A stretch of DNA of 53,610 nucleotides from an uncultured Bacilli bacterium (GCA_947624275.1 CANQJR010000003.1:1-53610); one strand, 5' to 3'. Positions 20,279 through 29,539 are shown, counted from the stretch's first letter. The notes: a model not told the origin generated them from the letters alone. Numbers and translations are program-made.

Positions 20279-21016
20279 TTATATGCTTTTTATTTTAGTT
20301 TTTTTAGAACCTTTTTCAGTTGGTAATTCATAGAGTTGTAAACCATCAATTGCTTCATCTTCAGAACCAACTACTTCAAATCCTGGTCCTGCATATTTTC
20401 TAATACCCATATCGATAACCTTTTCATTTAATTCTTCCAATTCTTTTTTCAAAGTTTCATTTCTATTAACTGATAAGCCGAAATTCCAACCAATAAAATG
20501 ATCTAAAAAACGATTAATAAAATATTTTTGGGCCTCATCAAAATTTTCTTCATTTAATTTTTGATTTCTAATTGCTTTTTCGGTGATTATGAGATTTGCC
20601 CTTCCCTTATAGTCTTTATGTACTTCATCTGTTAATTCAAGCATGAAATAATATGGATCTAAGACAATTCTTTTATCAAGTGCTTGATTAAATATTCTTA
20701 CCATCTGTAAAATGATATCATCTAAATTAGATATTTGACTGAACACCTTATCATTACCAATTATCAATTCACCATTTTGATAAAATTCAAAGCTACATGT
20801 AGGACGTCCATCATTGTATGGATAAAAATAAATTAAATTATTAGAAATTTCAAATGCATTGGTACGATCTTTTTTTATTTTTTTCAAATTATAGTAACAT
20901 AGTTTTAAATCGAGGGCATTGGCAAAAATATTGATAAGATTATGGTCTTGTTTTAATTCTTGTTCACATTCTTTGCAACGTTTATGTCTTTTTAATAATT
21001 CAAAAATATCTTTCAT
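20279..21016 (-). CDS. Hypothetical protein (orphan)
   Basis: 245 aa from ATG 21016 with RBS GAGGT and TGTTATAAT at 21049-21041; no family recognised. Confidence 0.72.
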   Translation of the reverse strand: MKDIFELLKRHKRCKECEQELKQDHNLINIFANALDLKLCYYNLKKIKKDRTNAFEISNNLIYFYPYNDGRPTCSFEFYQNGELIIGNDKVFSQISNLDDIILQMVRIFNQALDKRIVLDPYYFMLELTDEVHKDYKGRANLIITEKAIRNQKLNEENFDEAQKYFINRFLDHFIGWNFGLSVNRNETLKKELEELNEKVIDMGIRKYAGPGFEVVGSEDEAIDGLQLYELPTEKGSKKTKIKSI

Positions 21017-21121
21017 AATTACCTCACTTCTTGTCTGTATATTATAACACAATTTAAAAAATATATATATTTATCTTTATATTTATAAAAAAAATCTTGA
21101 TTTATTCAAGGTATCATTACG

Positions 21122-21163
21122 AAAAATAAAAACGTACTTGAATCAAGTACGTTTTCTATTTTT
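21122..21163 (-). terminator. Terminator downstream of the tRNA pair
   Basis: AAAACGTACTTGA-A-TCAAGTACGTTTT palindrome extended by AAAAATA/TATTTTT. Confidence 0.8.
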
Positions 21164-21192
21164 ACTCGTGTCTTCCGAGTTTAATATCAATG

Positions 21193-21277
21193 TGGTGCGG
21201 GTAACAGGAGTTGAACCTGCAAGCCTTGCGGCGCTAGATCCTAAGTCTAGTGCGTCTGCCAATTCCGCCATACCCGC
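21193..21277 (-). tRNA. tRNA-Leu (anticodon TAG)
   Basis: GCGGGTATGGCGGAATTGGCAGACGCACTAGACTTAGGATCTAG...GGTTCAACTCC...CCCGCACCA; long variable arm, encoded CCA. Confidence 0.97.
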
Positions 21278-21281
21278 AAAG

Positions 21282-21358
21282 TGGTGGACCCTATAGGACT
21301 CGAACCTATGACCGTCCGGTTATGAGCCGGATGCTCTAACCAACTGAGCTAAGGGTCC
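21282..21358 (-). tRNA. tRNA-Ile2 (anticodon CAT, lysidine type)
   Basis: GGACCCTTAGCTCAGTTGGTTAGAGCATCCGGCTCATAACCGG...GGGTCCACCA; body resembles Firmicutes Ile2 rather than Met tRNAs. Confidence 0.9.
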
Positions 21359-21369
21359 ATGACTTTTTA

Positions 21370-21398
21370 ATAGTAACATATATTTTCAATAATTTCAA
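21370..21398 (-). promoter_or_regulatory. SigA promoter of the tRNA pair
   Basis: TTGAAA-17-TACTAT with TG extension, just upstream of tRNA-Ile2. Confidence 0.7.
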
Positions 21399-21505
21399 CA
21401 TTAAAATGTATTTTTTACTATTTATAAATCGATATTTTATAGAAAAATAATTGTCTGAGTAGAGTTTTTTTATTTTGAATGTTATAATGTTATTGAGGTG
21501 TTGAT

Positions 21506-22417
21506 ATGAACGTCGTAATTAAAGTTAGTGATCAGACTAAAGAAAAAATGATTAAATATTATGAAGGTAAAAAAAGAGATAAAGAAATACCTTATGTCGT
21601 CTTTCAAGCTGAAGAAGAAGATACGGTCATAACGATGTATACTTCGGGAAAAGTCATGTTTCAAGGGACGAGTGCTGATGTAGATGCGACGATGTGGAAA
21701 GAGATTGATGGGCAGAATATCAGCCAAAAAGAAGTTACCGAAGATGATAAAAAATATTACTACTGCTCCTCTATTGGATCAGATGAAGTTGGTACGGGTG
21801 ATTATTTTGGACCAATTGTCGTAACTAGTTGTTATGTAACTAAAGATGATATTTCTTTTCTTGAAGAATTGGGAATAAAGGATTCTAAGAAATTAGATGA
21901 TGACAAAATATTGAAGATTGCACCTCAATTAGTAAAAAGAATTAAATATAAGAGCATCATTTTAAACAATAGTGAATATAACGAAAAATATGGTGTCGGA
22001 TATAATATTAATAAATTAAAAGCTATTATGCATAATAAAGTATTATGGCAAATGGTTCATGAAGAAAAAGATTTGTATTACGACTATATAATTATTGACG
22101 AATTTGCTAGAGAACAGCGCTATTACGATTATATTAAAGAAAGTCCTAATGTTCAAAGAGGTGTGACATTTATGACCAAAGCTGAAGACAAAAACTTGGC
22201 GGTTGCCTCAGCATCAGTCATAAGTCGTTACATATTTCTAAAAGAATTTGATAAATTGAGTGATTCCCTTCACATTCCTCTACCTAAAGGGGCTGGTGAA
22301 CAAGTCGATAAGATTGGTGAAGAAATAGTTGTCAAATACGGAGAAGACAAATTGAGAGAAGTAGCTAAATTAAATTTTAAAAATACTGAAAGAATTCTTC
22401 ATACGATGATATTTTAA
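21506..22417 (+). CDS. rnhC: Ribonuclease HIII
   Basis: N-terminal TBP-like domain (YTSGKVMFQG), IGSDEVGTGDYFGP, KDSKKL, VASASVISR, LPKGAG, AKLNFKNT. Confidence 0.96.
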   Translation: MNVVIKVSDQTKEKMIKYYEGKKRDKEIPYVVFQAEEEDTVITMYTSGKVMFQGTSADVDATMWKEIDGQNISQKEVTEDDKKYYYCSSIGSDEVGTGDYFGPIVVTSCYVTKDDISFLEELGIKDSKKLDDDKILKIAPQLVKRIKYKSIILNNSEYNEKYGVGYNINKLKAIMHNKVLWQMVHEEKDLYYDYIIIDEFAREQRYYDYIKESPNVQRGVTFMTKAEDKNLAVASASVISRYIFLKEFDKLSDSLHIPLPKGAGEQVDKIGEEIVVKYGEDKLREVAKLNFKNTERILHTMIF

Positions 22418-22421
22418 AAAG

Positions 22422-22448
22422 AAAAAAGTAGATTGCTCTACTTTTTTT
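22422..22448. terminator. Bidirectional terminator between convergent rnhC and the SPFH gene
   Basis: AAAAAAGTAG-ATTGCT-CTACTTTTTT. Confidence 0.85.
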
Positions 22449-23610
22449 ATTTGATCTCTGTACCGCATTCACTGCAGAATTTACCGGTAACTTCAGCTCC
22501 ACAATTTGGGCACTTTTTAACTTGATTCAAGGCAGTACCACATTCGCTACAGAACTTACCAGTTACTTCAGCACCACAATTTGGACATTTCGTCGTCGTT
22601 TGATTTTTTTGATATGGATCATACTGTTGTTGTTGTGGTTGGTTATTGAAAGCATTTTGCATAACTCCTCCAGTCATTCCACCAGTTGCCATATTCATTA
22701 CTCCCAAACCGACAAAACCATTAGCAGCCCCATTTTCGTTACTAGCAGCTTTATCCATGACGTCGAGTACTCTTCCTTGCTGCATCATTGAATTAGCATT
22801 GTGTTCGTATTCTTTAATCTTCTTATCAGATTCTTCATCAGGTGTTACAGACTCAATAGCAAATCCGACTAATTTAATTCCCCTATTGCGAATTGGTTCA
22901 TCAAATACTTTGGAATCCATTACTTGTTTAATTTCATCAGTATTGCTAGGTAATTCCAATAATGGAATTTTGTGTTCACTATTTCCAAGTTCGTTTAAGA
23001 CATTTTGGAAAGTTGCCATCACTTCTGAATTCATCTGATCAGATAATACATCTTTGGTAACGACATCAGCAGTTCCAGCATACATGCGCATGAATAGTGC
23101 TGGATCAAAGATTTTAAATGTATACTTTCCATAACATCTGACCTTAACTCCAAGCGGCATCAATGAACCTGTCATTTGATTAGGAATGGCATGTGACCAA
23201 TCCTGATAAGGAATTGGTGTACCAGTTCCAAATTTATTATCCAATATCTCTTTGACATTGAAGTAGAATACGGCTTGTTCTTTAGCTGGTGTACCATTGT
23301 AAGTAAATCTTTGCCACATCTCTTTAAATACTGCGCCAAATTGACCAGCAAAAAAAGTTGGTGATGTAGATTGATCAAAGTTATAAGTACCCTCCTCAGC
23401 AGTCGCATCTAAAATTGTTCCTGAATCGTAGACAACAGCTACTTGTCCAGGTGCAACAATTATTCTACTCCCTTTTGAAATCTGTCCACTTTTAGTCGTC
23501 TTTTTCATCATCAATGTATTTTCATCCATATCTTCACATTTGATCAGATCTTCCCATTGATCACCTAAAGTTGAACCAATTGCGCCAACGGCAGATTTAA
23601 TTAATCCCAT
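22447..23610 (-). CDS. SPFH/Band-7 ('virion core protein'/YdjI-like) protein with two C-terminal zinc ribbons
   Basis: MGLIKSAVGA..DQW, GSRIIVAPGQ, RFTYNG, KFGTGTPIPY, CYGKYTFKI.DP, AASNENGA; two CPNCG...FCSECG repeats. Confidence 0.88.
   Translation of the reverse strand: MGLIKSAVGAIGSTLGDQWEDLIKCEDMDENTLMMKKTTKSGQISKGSRIIVAPGQVAVVYDSGTILDATAEEGTYNFDQSTSPTFFAGQFGAVFKEMWQRFTYNGTPAKEQAVFYFNVKEILDNKFGTGTPIPYQDWSHAIPNQMTGSLMPLGVKVRCYGKYTFKIFDPALFMRMYAGTADVVTKDVLSDQMNSEVMATFQNVLNELGNSEHKIPLLELPSNTDEIKQVMDSKVFDEPIRNRGIKLVGFAIESVTPDEESDKKIKEYEHNANSMMQQGRVLDVMDKAASNENGAANGFVGLGVMNMATGGMTGGVMQNAFNNQPQQQQYDPYQKNQTTTKCPNCGAEVTGKFCSECGTALNQVKKCPNCGAEVTGKFCSECGTEIK
22459..22590. repeat. Intragenic duplication of a 57-bp zinc-ribbon unit (22459-22515 and 22534-22590)
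   Basis: Both copies encode KCPNCGAEVTGKFCSECGT; 75-nt period. Confidence 0.9.
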
Positions 23611-23724
23611 ATAAAATTCCTCCTTCTGGACTAATATAATCTCAATATCATTTATTCCTATATTATATATAATACATCTAAAAAATCACTATGACAATAC
23701 AATGTCATTTTTCTAGACACTCTT

Positions 23725-24690
23725 TTACTTGATGGAAACGATGTTAGATAATACCCAATCGTGTTCACCAGTCGTAATAATGCTCTTACAATATTCGCAT
23801 TGCCCAGCTGACGTGATCTCTGTTGGAGCACCACAATTTGGACAATTCGTCGTCGATTTATTACTCATTCCCATTTTTGTCAAAACACCTTTTTTACGAT
23901 TAAAGGTCATTTCATATTTCATGAACCAAGTACGATTTGGATCACTTTCGAGAACTTCATTAGTATTGGCATCAACTACATAGTCATGCATAGTCGCATG
24001 AAGTTCAACGACTAGTACTTCTTTATCACCATCGACGTGATAATCGCGCAAACTGCAATGTCTAATAGCTATTTTTTCTACTTTATTAATTTTATTGTTT
24101 TTGATGTATTCATCCAATTGTTGATTGTGCTGATTAAACAATTCTTGACTTTCGAAAGGACGTATAATTTTCCAATTGCGATCAGTCCAAGCTTGTTGAA
24201 TCTTCATGAATACTTCTCTTGCCCAACCGATGAAATCATCTTCTGAAAAGTTGGGGTCGACATTGCGAATGTTTTGAGCAATGGAATGACTTAAATTCGA
24301 ATCGGGAATATTTTCACTCTCATGGGCTCTTCGCAAAGCATTTTGATTAGCATTCATAACTCGCATCTGTTTGAGTCTACCACTCTTTTTTAAATAAATA
24401 CTAACACCGATAATCAAGGCAATAATAACTAATGTTCCAATGGGACCAAAAGTATCTACAAGAATGTAAAATAATAAAAGTATGTCCCCAGCATCAGCAT
24501 CACTCGAACTACTACTTCCACTGTCAAAATCACCATAGTCACTGTACCCACCATAATCATAATCACTATAATCATTATTGTTGCCAACGTCTGCAAAAAC
24601 GGGTGAATTGTATAGTAAAAAAACAGTTGTTAGTAACAATACGACGATTAATAAATATTTAATAATTTTTTTATAATTCTCTTTTTTCAT
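23725..24690 (-). CDS. Tim44-like domain membrane protein with zinc ribbon
   Basis: Signal peptide (VFA|D), D/S/G/Y-rich linker, TM, DPNFSEDDF..F.KIQQAW Tim44-like domain, CPNCGAP...CEYC, DWVLSNI. Confidence 0.85.
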   Translation of the reverse strand: MKKENYKKIIKYLLIVVLLLTTVFLLYNSPVFADVGNNNDYSDYDYGGYSDYGDFDSGSSSSSDADAGDILLLFYILVDTFGPIGTLVIIALIIGVSIYLKKSGRLKQMRVMNANQNALRRAHESENIPDSNLSHSIAQNIRNVDPNFSEDDFIGWAREVFMKIQQAWTDRNWKIIRPFESQELFNQHNQQLDEYIKNNKINKVEKIAIRHCSLRDYHVDGDKEVLVVELHATMHDYVVDANTNEVLESDPNRTWFMKYEMTFNRKKGVLTKMGMSNKSTTNCPNCGAPTEITSAGQCEYCKSIITTGEHDWVLSNIVSIK

Positions 24691-24743
24691 ATAGCCTCTT
24701 ATCTTTTGATTTAACTCTTCATATATTCAAATTTTTATTTATC

Positions 24744-25790
24744 TCATTGTAATTGAACGATGTATGGATGAGCTGCGGTACCATCAGCATTGGAACCGAC
24801 CATCGTATTACTCTTTAGATATGCCACCATATTAGCTGTACATTGTGTCAACAGAGCTGTACCAGTTACCGAACTAGGAGAATAAGTGACGAATTGACTC
24901 AAACCGTTATATGGCGTTGAAGTCCAATGACAACTATTTGAACTGACACTGTTCATCCAATTGCCGCTTCGACACTTGGTCATACTATTGGCAATGGTGC
25001 CAGATGACAGACTGCATTCCGTACTATTTGATGCTTTTAAATAGTCGGCTAATGAAACTATTCCAAAGGAATTCTTAGCTATTTCGGTATTGTTATTTAT
25101 ATTGGTATCCATCGAAGAGAAATAACTACCGACGTTGTCCGTACTATAAATAGCTCCAAAATAATAAACGCCATCCACTTTGAAAAGAGATGTATAATCC
25201 ATATTGTTCCACTTGTTTTGCAAACTGTTGCGAAGTGTAGAACTATTTGTCCAAAATTGAACACCACTACCAGCTTGCGTACTACTCTTTTTATCTATGG
25301 GTTCAGTCGTTGCATCATCAAACATTATTTTGATAGAGCCATCATTTTCCAAGGCAATGATACGACCTGATTTAGTACCGATCTTTATGTAATTGCGAGC
25401 ACTATCACCTGTGAACACATATCTTTTAGTAGCGTTAGTGACATCCGTCGTCAAACCGGAGTTTTGAACGTCTTCATTATCTAAAATCAAATCTCTTAGA
25501 GAGACGAGATTACCACTAGCTATGGCATTGGCTTCGCCCCCGACACAAGATACGTAGGTTTCATATTCATCAGTACAACTATAATTGTTAGCCATGTAAC
25601 ACATGTCTAAATTGACCTGTTTTTTAATGCATTTATTCAAGTAATAACTGACGTCCTCAGAAGCCATTGTCTCTTTATTATAAGTACTGCGCATAATACT
25701 TAAAAGAAGCATGAGAATCAATATTATCATAGTTAAAATGCCATATAACATCGTCGATATTGCAAATCCTCTATCATTTAAATTCTTCAT
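24744..25790 (-). CDS. Surface protein with a type IV prepilin-like leader and Cys-containing C-terminal domain
   Basis: MKNLNDRG|FAISTMLYGIL hydrophobic helix; YVFTG..RNYIKI...RIIA...DGSIKI; C-terminal DGT..HPYI; RBS AGGTGA. Confidence 0.7.
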   Translation of the reverse strand: MKNLNDRGFAISTMLYGILTMIILILMLLLSIMRSTYNKETMASEDVSYYLNKCIKKQVNLDMCYMANNYSCTDEYETYVSCVGGEANAIASGNLVSLRDLILDNEDVQNSGLTTDVTNATKRYVFTGDSARNYIKIGTKSGRIIALENDGSIKIMFDDATTEPIDKKSSTQAGSGVQFWTNSSTLRNSLQNKWNNMDYTSLFKVDGVYYFGAIYSTDNVGSYFSSMDTNINNNTEIAKNSFGIVSLADYLKASNSTECSLSSGTIANSMTKCRSGNWMNSVSSNSCHWTSTPYNGLSQFVTYSPSSVTGTALLTQCTANMVAYLKSNTMVGSNADGTAAHPYIVQLQ

Positions 25791-25825
25791 AGCATCACCT
25801 ATCATAATTATACAACAATAAAAAA

Positions 25826-26380
25826 TTAAAGACTAGTTTTTTTATATATAATTAAATACTTATCACCATATTTACGTTCTTTGATGATTTCTAAAGTTTT
25901 TAAAGTACTATTTAAATAATTGTTATCGATTTCACAAACGATGACTCCTCCATCATTTAATAGATCATATTCCAATATTTTATCGATGACCATATTTAAG
26001 CACTCTTTTTTATATGGCGGATCTAAAAAGATGATGTCCATTTTTAAATCGTGGTCTTTTAAATATCGCAAACATTCCTCATAATCCAAATTTAAAATTT
26101 TTACTTTGTCATCCATTTTAAAATCATCGCTATTCTTCTTAATGACATCAATACACTTGCGATTTATGTCATTAAAATAACAAAAGCGACTACCATTACT
26201 GAGAGCTTCAAATCCCAAATTACCACTACCAGCAAATAGATCGAGACAAATACTATTATCTAGATATGGATTTATCATTGCAAAAAGAGATTCCTTGACT
26301 CTATCCATCGTCGGTCTCGTCCCTTTGATGTCATATCCAGCAATTTTACGTCCTTTTAAAATTCCACTAATTATTTTCAT
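25826..26380 (-). CDS. rsmD: 16S rRNA m2G966 methyltransferase RsmD (YlbH)
   Basis: MKIISGILKGRK, TRPTMDRVKESLF, LDLFAGSG.LGFEALS, FLDPPY. Confidence 0.96.
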   Translation of the reverse strand: MKIISGILKGRKIAGYDIKGTRPTMDRVKESLFAMINPYLDNSICLDLFAGSGNLGFEALSNGSRFCYFNDINRKCIDVIKKNSDDFKMDDKVKILNLDYEECLRYLKDHDLKMDIIFLDPPYKKECLNMVIDKILEYDLLNDGGVIVCEIDNNYLNSTLKTLEIIKERKYGDKYLIIYKKTSL

Positions 26381-26690
26381 TGATACAACCCTTTTCATTC
26401 ACTAATTCTTTTAATTTTTTATTGATTTCTAATACTAAAAAATATAGATCATTTTCTAATTCTTTATATCTTTTAACTTTGTCAAAATTAAGAATTTCTT
26501 TTTTAAGTGATACATATTCAGCATTATAAATGTCATTATGAGAATTCATCATCTTTAACTTATCCAATTTTTCTTTTAATAATTCATCTTTTAAAATATC
26601 ATCCTTTAATTTTGTCATCGTTTGAATTTCTTCACTATTTTCAAAAATATTGATCAATTCATCCAACATATTCCAAATTTGTAAATCCAT
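26367..26690 (-). CDS. YlbF/YmcA (Com_YlbF)-family regulator, short form
   Basis: Helical; FENSEEIQ...VKRYKELENDL...EINKKL...GC; sits upstream of rsmD like Bacillus ylbF. Confidence 0.65.
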   Translation of the reverse strand: MDLQIWNMLDELINIFENSEEIQTMTKLKDDILKDELLKEKLDKLKMMNSHNDIYNAEYVSLKKEILNFDKVKRYKELENDLYFLVLEINKKLKELVNEKGCINENN

Positions 26691-28949
26691 TTATTCATCA
26701 ACTTCTTTTCTAATTCTATCAATAATTTTAATGACTTCTTCAGGTGTTTCCTTCAATAGTTCAACTCGTAAATTGTTGATGCCTAACTCGCGCATCGATT
26801 TGATATTTTTAATATTGTCAAGTGGTTCATAATGCATGATATGAGTGAAATGTTTAGTATTGATGATGGGATAGATATGACCATTATTATCCTTCAAGTA
26901 ATAATCGTTTCCCATTGAACACAAATGGCAGTCGTCCCGGTCAGCATTATCAAACAATTTGATGGGACAATACTTCATTATCATCAATTCCATCGTTCCA
27001 TAGACAATATATTCGACAGCGTCGTTAAAAAAGGTGCTTCTCTTTAAGTGTTCCAATGTCACTTCAGGTGAAATTGTGACCATATGGCATCCATTCTTCA
27101 CCAAAAAATTGATCGTTTCGTGATTGAAAGCATTGATCGTGTAGTCGGCAATGACATCGTTATTCGAAGCATATTTGTTGATTGCACCCAATTCTGTCGC
27201 CACCAAATGTTCATTGGCAAAAGAAGGATATTTGGTCATGACGCGTGGCAAACGATAGTATACATTACCAGTATTTTTATATTTATCATATAAAATTTTA
27301 GAATCGGTATATATGCGATCTACTTTTTGATCAAGACAAGTTTTTAATTGTTTTTCATCACGCACTAAAATGGCTATTTTAATATCTTTACTATGTCGCC
27401 TTACTGGGTCACTATCAATATCTTTCTTCTCACTTGATGAGATAAGTTTTTTTCTAAAAGCATTTTGACGAAGCGAGATCAATTCAGAGACAGCTTGACG
27501 GCGTAATTCATTGATTTCTTTAATGGAGACAAATACTTGATCAGAAATATTGACTGAAACGCTTTGCGCAACAAAAGGCGTATTGCCGAGTTTAGTCAAT
27601 TGTTCAATCATTCGCTCTTCACTCATGGGACTAGTCTTAGATCTTTCGATTGGCGAACCCCAGACTTTCACTGTATTTTTGCCATCATTTAAAATTAATT
27701 CTAGAGGTTGACCCAACTGACAATTAGCTATTATTGCAATCGGAATTTTCTTTTCTTGAAGTTTGCGCAAACTGCTCATCAATTTTTTGTCAGTCGTCTT
27801 TAAAACTGTCCCTCTCTTATTCAAATTTATTTTATTATCAATGATGGCAATACATCCTTTAGAAACGGAATTGACCAATAACATTTTGTCATCGTACAAA
27901 CGATTCAAAATCATTCCTTCGCCATTGGGTAGTCTTATTCCATCTTCTTGATTTAATGAATCAGACAATTTTATTTTGATGTAATTGGAGTCATATGATA
28001 TGACTTCCCCAATCTCAACACCGATATGATTTGGGGTTTTAGGATTCATGATATCTTTAAATTTATCAGTGAACAAATAACCATCAGTAAACTCGCGATT
28101 ATACACTTTTTTCAAATCGTATAAATCATTTGGATCAACCGTCATATCTTGATGATCATAATAATGATCAATCATCGTTCGATACAATTTGGTGACAAAA
28201 CCTACGTATTCTGGGGATTTCATTCGTCCTTCGATTTTGAAACTATCTATTCCCGCTTCGATCAATTCTTTGATGTGAGCTAAGGTGTTCAAATCTTTAG
28301 TGCTCAATAAATATTCGCCATCTGTCTTCAATTGGTGATCATTTTTATAAAGTTGATATGGTAGACGGCAAGATGCGACACATTCACCACGATTGGCACT
28401 GCGACCCCCATTCATGCTGCTGAAAAGACAACAACCGGAATAACAGACGCATAAAGCTCCATGGACGAACACTTCTTTTTCGAGTTTGGTATCCAATTTT
28501 TGTATCTCATCAAGAGTCAATTCGCGCGCTAAAACCGCCCTTTTAACGCCCATTTTCTCTAACATCGCCAATCCTTCTGAATTGTGGTTATGACTTTGCG
28601 TAGAGACATGAATTTCCAAATCGGGATATAATTCACGCACCTTTTTGATCAAACCGATGTCTTGGATGATTAAGGCATCGACATTATGGCAATATAAAAA
28701 GTCAATATAATCTAATACCTCTTTCAATTCCTCATCATAAATTAAAGTGTTCACTGTGATGTATACTTTAACAGAATATAAATGACAATATTTGATGGCT
28801 TCAACTATTTCTTCATCATTGAAGTTATTGGCAAATTTGCGCGCTCCAAACTTTTTGCCAGCAAAGTAGACGGCATCAGCGCCATTGTGAACGGCAAAGG
28901 GTAATGTCTCCATATTACCGACTGGACTTAACAATTCAACTCTCTTCAT
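26691..28949 (-). CDS. U32-family protein, long form (RlhA/TrhP-like RNA hydroxylase)
   Basis: ELLSPVG, GADAVY, HVSTQ, VLAREL, EVFVHGALC..YSG.C, NRGEC...CR, KIEGRMK. Confidence 0.92.
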   Translation of the reverse strand: MKRVELLSPVGNMETLPFAVHNGADAVYFAGKKFGARKFANNFNDEEIVEAIKYCHLYSVKVYITVNTLIYDEELKEVLDYIDFLYCHNVDALIIQDIGLIKKVRELYPDLEIHVSTQSHNHNSEGLAMLEKMGVKRAVLARELTLDEIQKLDTKLEKEVFVHGALCVCYSGCCLFSSMNGGRSANRGECVASCRLPYQLYKNDHQLKTDGEYLLSTKDLNTLAHIKELIEAGIDSFKIEGRMKSPEYVGFVTKLYRTMIDHYYDHQDMTVDPNDLYDLKKVYNREFTDGYLFTDKFKDIMNPKTPNHIGVEIGEVISYDSNYIKIKLSDSLNQEDGIRLPNGEGMILNRLYDDKMLLVNSVSKGCIAIIDNKINLNKRGTVLKTTDKKLMSSLRKLQEKKIPIAIIANCQLGQPLELILNDGKNTVKVWGSPIERSKTSPMSEERMIEQLTKLGNTPFVAQSVSVNISDQVFVSIKEINELRRQAVSELISLRQNAFRKKLISSSEKKDIDSDPVRRHSKDIKIAILVRDEKQLKTCLDQKVDRIYTDSKILYDKYKNTGNVYYRLPRVMTKYPSFANEHLVATELGAINKYASNNDVIADYTINAFNHETINFLVKNGCHMVTISPEVTLEHLKRSTFFNDAVEYIVYGTMELMIMKYCPIKLFDNADRDDCHLCSMGNDYYLKDNNGHIYPIINTKHFTHIMHYEPLDNIKNIKSMRELGINNLRVELLKETPEEVIKIIDRIRKEVDE

Positions 28950-29008
28950 AATATCACCCAAAATCTATATAAATAATATCACAATATTAAAATAAAAAAA
29001 AGATTTGA

Positions 29009-29527
29009 CTAATTGCCAAAGAAATGAGTCAAAATCTTCTCTTTATAAATTTTTTCATCAGCATTATTGAAATCGACATCATCAGTGTGAGATTTGCGAA
29101 AAGAAATGCCACTACAAAGATTGTGAACTAACCATTCATTGAGCAGTGATTGTTCGCTCCTCTTCCAATTGGATGGATATTTTCTCTCATATTCTTGAAG
29201 AATTGCAATAATTCTTTGCATATCTTCACGATCAACAATTTTATATGATTCCATGATGCAGATATTGGGATCTTGTCTAAACCTCTCATCGATTATATAA
29301 ATGGAATTAGCATCATCACTCGTCAAAGAAGAGCGATCTTTATTTGTGATATAGATTTTATAATTATCTAAAAACGCAAAAGGAACATCTGAATTAGCAC
29401 TAGTAAAATCCTGATTAATAATATGGGATTTTCCATCTTCTCTAGTTGATAAACTTGGTAGTGCAATGGCAATTGAAGTCGTGGTGATCAACGCTAAAAC
29501 TTTTTTGTATATCTTTAAATTTTTCAT
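29009..29527 (-). CDS. Hypothetical exported protein
   Basis: Basic then hydrophobic N-terminus; C-terminal RS..SL.NEW..HN...DVDF motif. Confidence 0.72.
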   Translation of the reverse strand: MKNLKIYKKVLALITTTSIAIALPSLSTREDGKSHIINQDFTSANSDVPFAFLDNYKIYITNKDRSSLTSDDANSIYIIDERFRQDPNICIMESYKIVDREDMQRIIAILQEYERKYPSNWKRSEQSLLNEWLVHNLCSGISFRKSHTDDVDFNNADEKIYKEKILTHFFGN

Positions 29528-29539
29528 CTCATGCCACCA

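Noticed and set aside
21282-21358. tRNA-Met call from the CAT anticodon
   Set aside because: Lacks initiator features (C1:A72 mismatch, three consecutive G-C pairs in the anticodon stem); the body matches the Ile2 type
20279-21358. Prophage or integrative element at the tRNAs
   Set aside because: No integrase, phage genes or duplicated tRNA 3' end seen
24744-25790. Diversity-generating retroelement target
   Set aside because: No reverse transcriptase or template repeat seen in the window
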